From assembly GCA_001795035.1 (NCBI GenBank), contig MGMW01000032.1, positions 1-35,741 of the forward strand: a stretch of DNA of 35,741 nucleotides, read 5' to 3'. Below are positions 1-7,220 of the stretch, piece after piece. The notes beneath the pieces were generated by a model that did not search any database, had not been told where the DNA came from, and saw only the letters and a program-made list of their open reading frames with translations. Each line of letters starts with the position of its first letter. Position 1 is the first letter of the stretch. A program made the translations under genes and the position numbers. This DNA comes from Chloroflexi bacterium RBG_13_53_26 (lineage in GTDB: Bacteria; Chloroflexota; Dehalococcoidia; UBA2247; RBG-13-53-26).

Positions 1-365
1 CCGTCAAGCCTGCCCATGATATAAAATGGTGTGCCCAGCAGCTCCTTATTTTCCTGTAGCCAGTGGGCCTTTGGCACCGGTATGTCTGTTTCCCCCAGTA
101 TCTGCATGATACGAAACTGTTTCCCCAGCTCATACTTGGGGAAGATGGGGTATGAGGTTGGCGGACAGCGAAGTACCATCCCCTCGGACTTGGACTTTCG
201 GCCTTCTTTCCAGCTCAGGTTGAAAAGGAAGGTTTCGTTGGAAAACCCGGCCCCCGACCTTTCCATGTTTGAGATGGACAGGTTCTTGGCTTTGGGCATC
301 TTCTCCTGTAGCCAGGGGATGAGTTTCGACTGCATTTCGGAGAGGTCTGCACTTCTTGCCTGCAT
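1..365 (-). CDS. phosphotransferase (APH / kinase-like fold) family protein, N-terminal part; gene runs off the left edge
   Basis: Absent from the ORF track because there is no stop in-window. The reverse complement of 1..365 reads ATG(365) MQARSADLSEMQSKLIPWLQEKMPKAKNLSISNMERSGAGFSNETFLFNLSWKEGRKSKSEGMVLRCPP...GTPFYIMGRLDG without a stop. AGGAGG (373..378) lies 7 nt upstream of the ATG. The 'GFSNETF' and 'FYIMxxxxG' patterns are typical of the APH-family N-lobe. Confidence 0.7.
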   Translation of the reverse strand, partial: MQARSADLSEMQSKLIPWLQEKMPKAKNLSISNMERSGAGFSNETFLFNLSWKEGRKSKSEGMVLRCPPTSYPIFPKYELGKQFRIMQILGETDIPVPKAHWLQENKELLGTPFYIMGRLD

Positions 366-424
366 CTTGTTGCCTCCTGTAACAGATATAGGTGCGTCAG
401 TTTCCTGGTTCTGTCGGCATCCTT

Positions 425-1519
425 CTAGTATCCCTGGTATCCGTACCTGGGGTATTTGCCCACCACCACCATTTCAACAATGCCGTACCCAATTTCCTTG
501 CCGCAGCGCATCTCGCACATGACATCATCAAGGAAAGAAACCTCACGAACGGCGTTGGGATCGGCCAGATCGATCCTGACGCTGTCGTTGAAGTAAGGCC
601 CCAGCCATAGACCATGGGTGAAACCCTTGTAGCCAAAGTATCCGCCAGCCTTGACGTAGCAGACGCTGAGGGGGCGCACCGATATGTCTATTTTGGAGCC
701 GTCTTCGACGTGAAGTACCACACTTCCCCCATTGATCTGGCGGATGTCAGATCTGAACTTGAAATCGTGCTCCACTCTGGTTAATGCCAGCTCTGACTTG
801 CCACTCTCGACGGGATAGAAGACTCCGCCGCTGAAATGGCGGGACTTCTCGTCCCATGTCTCCCGCGTATGATAGGTGGCACCCCATTTATCAAACTGCG
901 CCACCATCATGTTGTACAGGTAGCCCTCCGGGATTTCGCCAAACTGCACGCCTGTTTCCGGCACGCCGCCACCCCGGCGGATACCCCAGGAGTGATCCCT
1001 CTCTGCTCGCCAGGTATCCTTGTCGATACGGTAGGTCTGGCCTTCGAGTCTTAGCCACCCACTGGGCTTGCCCACCTGGAAATAGCGCTTGACATTCTCC
1101 TCCACCCTGCCCCGAAAACGCCCGATTTGTGGCTCCTCTTCATGGGCAAGCATTGTTGCCTGGAATTCGATGTCATAGCTGAGATTGTGTTCATTATCAG
1201 CCAGAAGCCATCTCAACCGTTTCAGTGGCTCGATCACCTCATAGGAGAAGGGGCCTACCTCAACCGCATCTATTCTGGGGCGAAGCTCGCGGGATGATCT
1301 GACGTTATGCTGTGTTTTGCCTCCAACAGAAAGGCAGGCGAAGGCATCGATGATATTGCGGTTGGGGTAGAAGCCGAATCCAGCTACCAGTATGAGCTCT
1401 CCGGTGGTGTCGTGGGCACAGAACCATAGCCTCTCTGTCCATTCACGGGCACTTGTTTCCACACTGTCAAAGGTAGCTACAATCTGATGGCACACAAACT
1501 CATCGTATTTGGTAAGCAT
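425..1519 (-). CDS. conserved hypothetical protein (364 aa), function unknown
   Basis: Long ORF with balanced composition. AAAGGAG sits upstream of ATG 1519. The gene lies 59 nt upstream of, and co-directional with, the APH-like gene. I do not recognise a named family with confidence. Confidence 0.65.
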   Translation of the reverse strand: MLTKYDEFVCHQIVATFDSVETSAREWTERLWFCAHDTTGELILVAGFGFYPNRNIIDAFACLSVGGKTQHNVRSSRELRPRIDAVEVGPFSYEVIEPLKRLRWLLADNEHNLSYDIEFQATMLAHEEEPQIGRFRGRVEENVKRYFQVGKPSGWLRLEGQTYRIDKDTWRAERDHSWGIRRGGGVPETGVQFGEIPEGYLYNMMVAQFDKWGATYHTRETWDEKSRHFSGGVFYPVESGKSELALTRVEHDFKFRSDIRQINGGSVVLHVEDGSKIDISVRPLSVCYVKAGGYFGYKGFTHGLWLGPYFNDSVRIDLADPNAVREVSFLDDVMCEMRCGKEIGYGIVEMVVVGKYPRYGYQGY

Positions 1520-1740
1520 CGCTGGTACTCCTTTCAGTTCCAGTCTTTGCCCTGGAGATTCCCTGAACGCCCGGTCTCCTTACGGCAGTCTCCTGTATTG
1601 TGCCCCCTAACACTGCAGGAGAGTTCTCCTCCGCTGAGGATAGCGCCCGGACACACCTGTTGTCTGTCGGAGATTCTCTGACATGGCAGTCGCTGGAATA
1701 TGGGCTATATTGATGTTTGCGTGTTGGAGCCTGCATGGCG

Positions 1741-1771
1741 ATTGTAGTCCCTGGCAACTGTGAGGTGTCAA
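1741..1771 (-). promoter_or_regulatory. sigma70-like promoter candidate for the 425..1519 gene
   Basis: The minus strand reads TTGACA (1771..1766), a 19-nt spacer, then TACAAT (1746..1741). It would give a leader of about 210 nt. Confidence 0.3.
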
Positions 1772-1822
1772 GCGTCTGTCGACCGTCCCTGATCCATGGA
1801 TTGCCATCATTCGCACACCCCC

Positions 1823-1880
1823 ATGTCATTCCCCCGTCTTTCTCATGTCATTCCCGTGCAAACGGGAATCCAGGTGGGGT
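1823..1880. repeat. REP-like palindromic element (ATGTCATTCCC x2 plus hairpin ATTCCCGT-GCAA-ACGGGAAT)
   Basis: ATGTCATTCCC occurs at 1823..1833 and 1845..1855. A perfect 8-bp stem (1850..1857 / 1862..1869) has a GCAA loop and is followed by CCAGGTGGGG. It resembles the dispersed 'GTCATTCCCGCxxxGCGGGAATCC' intergenic repeats that I recall from environmental bacterial genomes. Confidence 0.45.
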
Positions 1881-2005
1881 CGGGGGTCGCACAGACCGAC
1901 GAAGAATCCACGGATTTGGCATCGTGAATGCCCGGCAGGGTTGCAGTTTTCAGCCTGCGCCGATATGATTCTGGTTGCGATGCTGGTGCGGGGGGTGACT
2001 TAGGT

Positions 2006-3118
2006 ATGCTTATTCTTGCAGTTGATATCGGCACGGCTACCCAGGACATCTTGCTATTTGACAGCTCCAGGGTGGTGGAGAACTGTGTGAAGATGATTAT
2101 GCCTTCACCCACTGCTGTCCTTGCCGAGCGGATATCTCGGGCTACAGCCTCCGGTCAGCCTATTCTGTTCACTGGCGTGACTATGGGAGGTGGACCGAGC
2201 AAAAGGGCATTACGACGCCATACCAGTGCAGGTTTGCCAGCCTACGCCACTGCCGAGGCAGCAGTCACATTCAACGATGATCTGGAGGTCGTTAAGAGCA
2301 TGGGGGTGACCATAGTTGGCCCTGATGAGAAAGTCACCAATCCAAACACGGAGATAATCAAGCTCAGGGACCTTGACCTGACGGCTATCAGGAAGGCCTT
2401 CGATGCCTTTGGTGTGGATGGCCGGTTCGATGCTGTGGCAGTTGCTGTGCTCGATCACGGTTACGCTCCTCCCGGAGTCTCCAATCGCCTCTTCCGTTTC
2501 CAGTATCTGGAGCATCTGATGTTGGGGAGGAACGAACTGGCAGCTTTTGCGTATCTTGCTGGTGAACTGCCTGACTACCTGACACGAATGAAGGCGGTGG
2601 CTGAGAGCGTTGATGCTGATATCCCCGTGCTTCTGATGGATACCGGAGCATCTGCTGTGATGGGGGCGCTGCAGGACAGGGAGGTTTCGGGGCACGACCG
2701 TGTGGTAATGGTGAATATGGGCAATTCTCATGTTGTAGGCTTCCATCTCCGAGGTGGTCTGGTTGAGGGGTTGTTTGAGCACCATACCAATCTTCTCAAT
2801 GGGGTCAAGCTGGATGAGCTGATCAAGAGGCTGGCGCTGGGTACCATAAGCAATAGCGAGGTATATGAGGACGGCGGTCATGGGGCGGTTGTCATCGGCA
2901 AGAGCCGGCGTAAGCCTTTTGTGGCGGTGACTGGACCGCGTCAGGACGTAGCCGTTGGCTCGCGGTTGCACCTTCATCTGGCCACACCCCACGGGGATAT
3001 GATGCTAGCTGGCTGCTACGGGCTGGTGAGCGCTTGTGGCCTGCGGATGGATGCCTGGCGCGAGGAAATAGCTCAAGCGCTGAGAGCGATTTCGGGACAA
3101 CTCTTCCCCACTCCCTGA
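2006..3118 (+). CDS. DUF1786-type ASKHA (sugar-kinase/actin-fold) protein; uncharacterised family sometimes labelled 'putative pyruvate formate-lyase activating enzyme'
   Basis: The ORF 1928..3118 is listed in the track. The likely start is ATG 2006 (MLILAVDIGTATQDILLFD, an ASKHA phosphate-1-like motif at the N-terminus), preceded by GGGGGGTGA. The family name is recalled, not searched. Confidence 0.55.
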   Translation: MLILAVDIGTATQDILLFDSSRVVENCVKMIMPSPTAVLAERISRATASGQPILFTGVTMGGGPSKRALRRHTSAGLPAYATAEAAVTFNDDLEVVKSMGVTIVGPDEKVTNPNTEIIKLRDLDLTAIRKAFDAFGVDGRFDAVAVAVLDHGYAPPGVSNRLFRFQYLEHLMLGRNELAAFAYLAGELPDYLTRMKAVAESVDADIPVLLMDTGASAVMGALQDREVSGHDRVVMVNMGNSHVVGFHLRGGLVEGLFEHHTNLLNGVKLDELIKRLALGTISNSEVYEDGGHGAVVIGKSRRKPFVAVTGPRQDVAVGSRLHLHLATPHGDMMLAGCYGLVSACGLRMDAWREEIAQALRAISGQLFPTP

Positions 3119-3340
3119 CCGGGAGCTACTCTGCGGTTTCTCAACAACCGGGCTCGCCAAGGTGGCCGCAACAGTTCTGCCTTCTCCAGATCTTGATCCA
3201 GTTATTGCGGAACACCAGGTACAACTTCCTGTGCAGAGGCATGTTGACCTTCATGTTGGTGAACACGGCTCTGAGGCTGGGGCGTTTCCTGGCCGAGTCG
3301 CTCCTGGACTGGTCGTTCGTCTTATCTTTGTTGTCATCCA

Positions 3341-3583
3341 TCATCGTCCACTCCCTTCGATGGGCATCACCTCGACGATCTTGTTCTTGCTCGTGAGGCC
3401 ACTGACAATCCTCAGTCGGTTCTCGGGAACGCCAAAGTGCTTGGCCAGCAGCTTTAGCACTGCTCTGTTGGCTCTGCCCTCCACCGGCGGCTCCTTGACC
3501 CTGACTACGTAGACGTCCCCGTCCATTTCCTTGGTGACGTCTTCGGTCTTGGATCGAGGTTTCACCTTGATCGCTATTCTCAC
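3341..3583 (-). CDS. DUF167 (YggU/UPF0235) family protein
   Basis: The C-terminal 80 aa 'VRIAIKVKPRSKTEDVTKEMDGDVYVVRVKEPPVEGRANRAVLKLLAKHFGVPENRLRIVSGLTSKNKIVEV' fits the DUF167 pattern (KV.P.a....v......l.V.v.apP.eGkAN.al...La..l.v....v.I..G..sr.K.v.i). ATG 3733 would overlap the upstream gene by 65 nt. GTG 3583 has GGGAG upstream and is preferred. The start is uncertain. Confidence 0.65.
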   Translation of the reverse strand: MRIAIKVKPRSKTEDVTKEMDGDVYVVRVKEPPVEGRANRAVLKLLAKHFGVPENRLRIVSGLTSKNKIVEVMPIEGSGR

Positions 3584-3668
3584 GGAGGTAACGCTCCCAT
3601 CTGTGCCCTTGAGGCGATTGGATAGTCTCCTGTCATCCCGAACAATGAGGAACTCGCAAACACGGGAC

Positions 3669-4487
3669 TCAACCCTGCTGGAAGAGGGTCTCCCCGTTAT
3701 CGCCGATGACTTTGATGTGCTCGACGTTGACAACGGTGATCTCTGAGCCCCCGTCGCCGGACTGGAAGATCACCTTGCTATTACTGTCCACCAGGGTGAA
3801 GTTCTGCTGATTCTTTTCTATGGTCAGTGTATCGTCACCCTGGCCAGCGTTGATGGTGACCTTGTCATTGCCAGCAGTCAGATAATAGGTCATTGTGTCG
3901 TTGCCTTTCCCGCCGTACATCTTGGTTGTGTCATCACTGGTGGCACCACGAATTGTCATAGTGTTATCCCCTTGACCACCATACTGTTGGATAGTTGCCG
4001 TGCCTTCTCCTCCGTGGATATTCATAACGTTGATGCTATCGCCTCCTACCTGGAGAACCGTTGAATGATCTCCTATGGCTACTTGGCCAGCCGAGACATA
4101 CATATTACTATCGCCCTTCCCTCCAAACTGATAGATTGAATCGCTTCCCGTACCGGAGTCGACAGTCTGGTCAGTCTGCCCATCGCCCCCCACCTGGAGG
4201 ATCCAGTCATCGCCTTCACTACCCTCGGCATACTGCGTCGTAGTCCCCGTTCCCCCGTACTGGACAATCTTGTCCTTCCCCGGTGTGCCGAATTCAATCT
4301 GCTCAACGTCGCCTTCCTGCGCCACATTGACGATGACGTTGTCAAACTGACCGTCCGCTGGCAGCACAGGAATTGACGGCGGCGACGGCGGGTCAGGCAG
4401 CGGCGAACCATTTCCAGGCTCTCCGCATGAGCATAACAGCATGGCTGAGAGGATAACTATCGATAGAATGACCATCCTTGCCTTCAT
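3669..4487 (-). CDS. secreted lipoprotein with hemolysin-type (RTX-like GGxGxD) calcium-binding beta-roll repeats
   Basis: ATG 4487 is preceded by AGGGAGGGA. The N-terminus MKARMVILSIVILSAMLLCSCG is a signal peptide with a lipobox-like Cys. Repeats include YGGKGNDTM, YGGQGDNTM, AGQGDDTLT, FGGKGDSNM and VGGDGQTDQ. The longer track ORF (to 4712) overlaps the HAD gene and places the signal peptide internally, so it is rejected. Confidence 0.75.
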   Translation of the reverse strand: MKARMVILSIVILSAMLLCSCGEPGNGSPLPDPPSPPSIPVLPADGQFDNVIVNVAQEGDVEQIEFGTPGKDKIVQYGGTGTTTQYAEGSEGDDWILQVGGDGQTDQTVDSGTGSDSIYQFGGKGDSNMYVSAGQVAIGDHSTVLQVGGDSINVMNIHGGEGTATIQQYGGQGDNTMTIRGATSDDTTKMYGGKGNDTMTYYLTAGNDKVTINAGQGDDTLTIEKNQQNFTLVDSNSKVIFQSGDGGSEITVVNVEHIKVIGDNGETLFQQG

Positions 4488-4659
4488 GGCTTCCCTCCCT
4501 GAATCGGCATCATAGGCACGGCCCCAGAGACGCGCACCCTTGAGGCGATTGAGTATTCTCTTGCAGCCCTGAATAACATGGTCCGACAACATGCTGTTCA
4601 CACCTGTTCGCAGACCTACCGTTTCTGTGTCCTTGGTCTGGGCTTCACTGTATTGCTGT

Positions 4660-5328
4660 TCAGAGTAATTCCAGAAGATCGCCAGGTTCCTTGATGAGTT
4701 TCTTGGCACCACTCTGGGTGAGTTCTTCAGCAGTGCGAAAGCCCCAGAGCGCGCCTACGGGGTACATGCCTGCGGCCACGGCGGTTGCCATGTCAGTAGC
4801 TGTGTCACCCACATAAATCAATTCGTCCGGCGATATGTCGAGACTCCGGGCAATTTCGAGGGCGGCTTTGGGATTGGGCTTCTTGGGCACGGCAGACGAT
4901 GCTCCTACTATGAACTGGAAGTGCCATTTGGGCAGCAACTTGGATACTGTAGCTTTCGTTGATTCGTCAGGCTTGTTGGACAGTATAGCTGTCTTGATGT
5001 TACGTGCTGTCAGGGCGTCAAGAAGCTCCGGAATGCCTTCATAAGGGCAGGTGTTGTTGGCCCATCGCTTGGAGTACTCTTCACGTATGGCGGCGATGGA
5101 TCTGGACAGGGCGGCCTCATCACGATGGTTCTCCGGAAGCGCCCGGCACGCCAGTTCCTCAATGCCATCACCGACAAAGTACTTGTAGGACTCGACATCG
5201 TGCTCCGGAAATCCGAAGCGCCTGAGCACGATATTCACGGAGTCTGCCAGGTCTTGAATGGTGTTCAATAGCGTCCCGTCAAGGTCGAAGATCACTGCTT
5301 TGTACTTCACCCGTTGTTGTTTTCTCAC
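4660..5328 (-). CDS. HAD-IA family hydrolase (phosphoglycolate phosphatase-like)
   Basis: Motif I is VIFDLDGTLLNT. Motif IV is VGDTATDMATA. A Ser/Thr motif LSNK is also present. Length is 222 aa. Confidence 0.85.
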   Translation of the reverse strand: MRKQQRVKYKAVIFDLDGTLLNTIQDLADSVNIVLRRFGFPEHDVESYKYFVGDGIEELACRALPENHRDEAALSRSIAAIREEYSKRWANNTCPYEGIPELLDALTARNIKTAILSNKPDESTKATVSKLLPKWHFQFIVGASSAVPKKPNPKAALEIARSLDISPDELIYVGDTATDMATAVAAGMYPVGALWGFRTAEELTQSGAKKLIKEPGDLLELL

Positions 5329-5364
5329 AACCGATCTTCCTCGAATCGTCCGTTGTCAGACTGG

Positions 5365-5395
5365 ATTATATAGTGGGACATCTACCAGGAGTCAA
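5365..5395 (-). promoter_or_regulatory. sigma70-like promoter candidate for the HAD gene
   Basis: The minus strand reads TTGACT (5395..5390), a 17-nt spacer to TATATA or a 19-nt spacer to TATAAT (5370..5365). It lies about 35 nt upstream of ATG 5328. Confidence 0.3.
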
Positions 5396-5482
5396 ATTGA
5401 CATAATCTTCACGTACAGACAAGTCTCTGGGATCATGTTCCTGGGACTTCCGCGGTTTCGGATGACTGGGGGCGCTGCGGCA

Positions 5483-5512
5483 TTGTCTATGAAGCACTGA
5501 GCTTGCTATAAT
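5483..5512 (+). promoter_or_regulatory. sigma70-like promoter candidate for comM/yifB
   Basis: TTGTCT (5483..5488), an 18-nt spacer, then TGcTATAAT (extended -10; TATAAT at 5507..5512). It lies 27 nt upstream of GTG 5539. Confidence 0.35.
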
Positions 5513-5538
5513 CGCCTCTATGAGAAAGAGGATATGTT

Positions 5539-7062
5539 GTGGCACTTGCTAAGGTAAATGCTGCCGCCGTAGTTGGCCTGGATGGTCAGCTCATCGAGGT
5601 GGAGGTGGACATCTCAAGCGGGTTGCCGGCGATGACCATAGTGGGTCTGCCGGATATGGGGGTACAGGAAGCCAGGGAACGGGTTCGGGCAGCTATCCGG
5701 AATTCGGGGTGCACATTCCCTGCCAGACGAATTACGGTTAACCTGGCTCCAGCAGACCTCAGGAAGGAAGGGCCTGCTTATGACCTTCCCATTGCTGTAG
5801 GCATTCTCCTCAGCTCAGAGCAGGTGGCGGCTGACGTTTCTGAGGTTCTTCTCCTGGGAGAGCTTTCGCTCGATGGCAGCCTGCGCCATACGCATGGCAT
5901 ACTCGCTATGGTTGCACTTGCCAAGGAGCAAGGGTTGTCCACTGTCATAGTCCCTGCCAGCGACGCCAGGGAGGCTGCCTTGATAGAGGGTATCAGCGTC
6001 ATCCCTGTTGGTTCTCTCTCTGAGCTGATCGGACATCTGAGAGGAATCAGGTCTATTCCTCCCTATTCATCTGTTCCTTCTGAAGAGATCGCCTTGCCGA
6101 TGTGGAATACGACTGACCTGACTCATATCAAAGGTCAGGAACATGCCAAACGAGCATTGGAAGTGGCGGCGGCTGGAGGGCACAACATAGTCATGGTCGG
6201 CCCTCCGGGCAGCGGCAAGACTATGCTGGCACGGTCCCTCCCCTCCATCTTTCCCAGGATGGCTATGGAAGAATGCCTGGAGGTTACCAAGATCTACAGC
6301 GTGGGTGGCCTGCTACCTTCAGACACACCGCTCATTGCTCAGCGACCTTTCCGGTCTCCTCATTACACCATTTCTCAGGCCGGGTTGGTGGGAGGAGGGA
6401 GATGGCCCAGGCCTGGAGAGATAAGTCTCAGTCACAGAGGTGTTCTGTTCCTGGACGAGTTTCCCGAGTTTGGCCATACCACGCTGGAGGTACTGAGACA
6501 GCCGTTGGAGGACAAGGTTGTCACCATCAGCCGTGCTCAGGGCAGTATCACTTTCCCGGCCAATTTCATGCTGGTAGCTGCCATGAACCCATGCCCCTGC
6601 GGCTACTATGGTGATTCGGTGAAGGAATGTCGATGTTCGTCTGCAGAGGTAACCCGCTACAGCAAGAGGATCAGCGGACCCCTGCTCGATAGAATTGATA
6701 TCTTCGTTGATGTTCCTCGAGTGGAGTATGAGAAACTTGCTGATGACAGACTGGGTGAAAGCTCGGAGAAGGTGCGCGCCAGAGTAGAGATAGCGCGCCA
6801 AATCCAAAGGGAACGGTTCAATGGAAGGGGTCTCGCCTGCAATGCAGATGCGACTGCACTTGAAGTCAAAGAGTTTTGCCAGGTAGAGCCATCGGCTCAA
6901 GAGTTGCTCAGAACGGCGATGAAGCAACTGTCGCTCTCTGCAAGGGGGTTCCACCGAATTCTCAAGATTGCCCGGACTATCGCTGACCTTGAGAGCGCTC
7001 CTGTTATCCAGACTCATCACCTGGCTGAGGCAATCCAGTACAGGCCGCGAAGCCTGCCATAG
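5539..7062 (+). CDS. comM: YifB/ComM family Mg-chelatase-like AAA+ ATPase
   Basis: N-terminal Lon-protease-like domain (AKVNAAAVVGLDGQLIEVEVD). Walker A is GPPGSGKT. Walker B is VLFLDEFPEF. The zinc-ribbon-like CPCGYYGDSVKECRCS and a C-terminal Mg-chelatase domain are present. GTG start with AGAAAGAGGA upstream. Confidence 0.9.
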   Translation: MALAKVNAAAVVGLDGQLIEVEVDISSGLPAMTIVGLPDMGVQEARERVRAAIRNSGCTFPARRITVNLAPADLRKEGPAYDLPIAVGILLSSEQVAADVSEVLLLGELSLDGSLRHTHGILAMVALAKEQGLSTVIVPASDAREAALIEGISVIPVGSLSELIGHLRGIRSIPPYSSVPSEEIALPMWNTTDLTHIKGQEHAKRALEVAAAGGHNIVMVGPPGSGKTMLARSLPSIFPRMAMEECLEVTKIYSVGGLLPSDTPLIAQRPFRSPHYTISQAGLVGGGRWPRPGEISLSHRGVLFLDEFPEFGHTTLEVLRQPLEDKVVTISRAQGSITFPANFMLVAAMNPCPCGYYGDSVKECRCSSAEVTRYSKRISGPLLDRIDIFVDVPRVEYEKLADDRLGESSEKVRARVEIARQIQRERFNGRGLACNADATALEVKEFCQVEPSAQELLRTAMKQLSLSARGFHRILKIARTIADLESAPVIQTHHLAEAIQYRPRSLP

Positions 7063-7163
7063 AGACTTGGTGTTGCTGAGAGGTGGATAGCCACTGAAGA
7101 TATGGACGGGTATGAAATGGTGCCCAAGATGTCTGAGGGTCGGCAAAGAGATCTGACCGATGT

Positions 7164-7193
7164 TTGCTCTACGCTGGAGTTACCAACTATACT
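7164..7193 (+). promoter_or_regulatory. sigma70-like promoter candidate for alaS
   Basis: TTGCTC (7164..7169), an 18-nt spacer, then TATACT (7188..7193). It lies about 28 nt upstream of GTG 7221. Confidence 0.25.
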
Positions 7194-7220
7194 GTGAGAG
7201 ATTGACTGTGTGGGAATAAT

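Noticed and set aside
31-522. 163-aa plus-strand ORF at the left edge, with overlapping ORFs 392..610 (+) and 397..636 (-)
   Set aside because: The composition is Cys/Ser/Pro-rich and not protein-like. The opposite strand encodes a clearly recognisable APH-family N-terminus with a strong AGGAGG SD, so these are shadow ORFs.
4488-4712. N-terminal extension of the lipoprotein ORF (track start at 4712, or ATG 4592)
   Set aside because: It would overlap the HAD gene by 53 nt and bury the signal peptide 75 residues into the protein. ATG 4487 has an excellent AGGGAGGGA SD and puts the signal peptide at the N-terminus.
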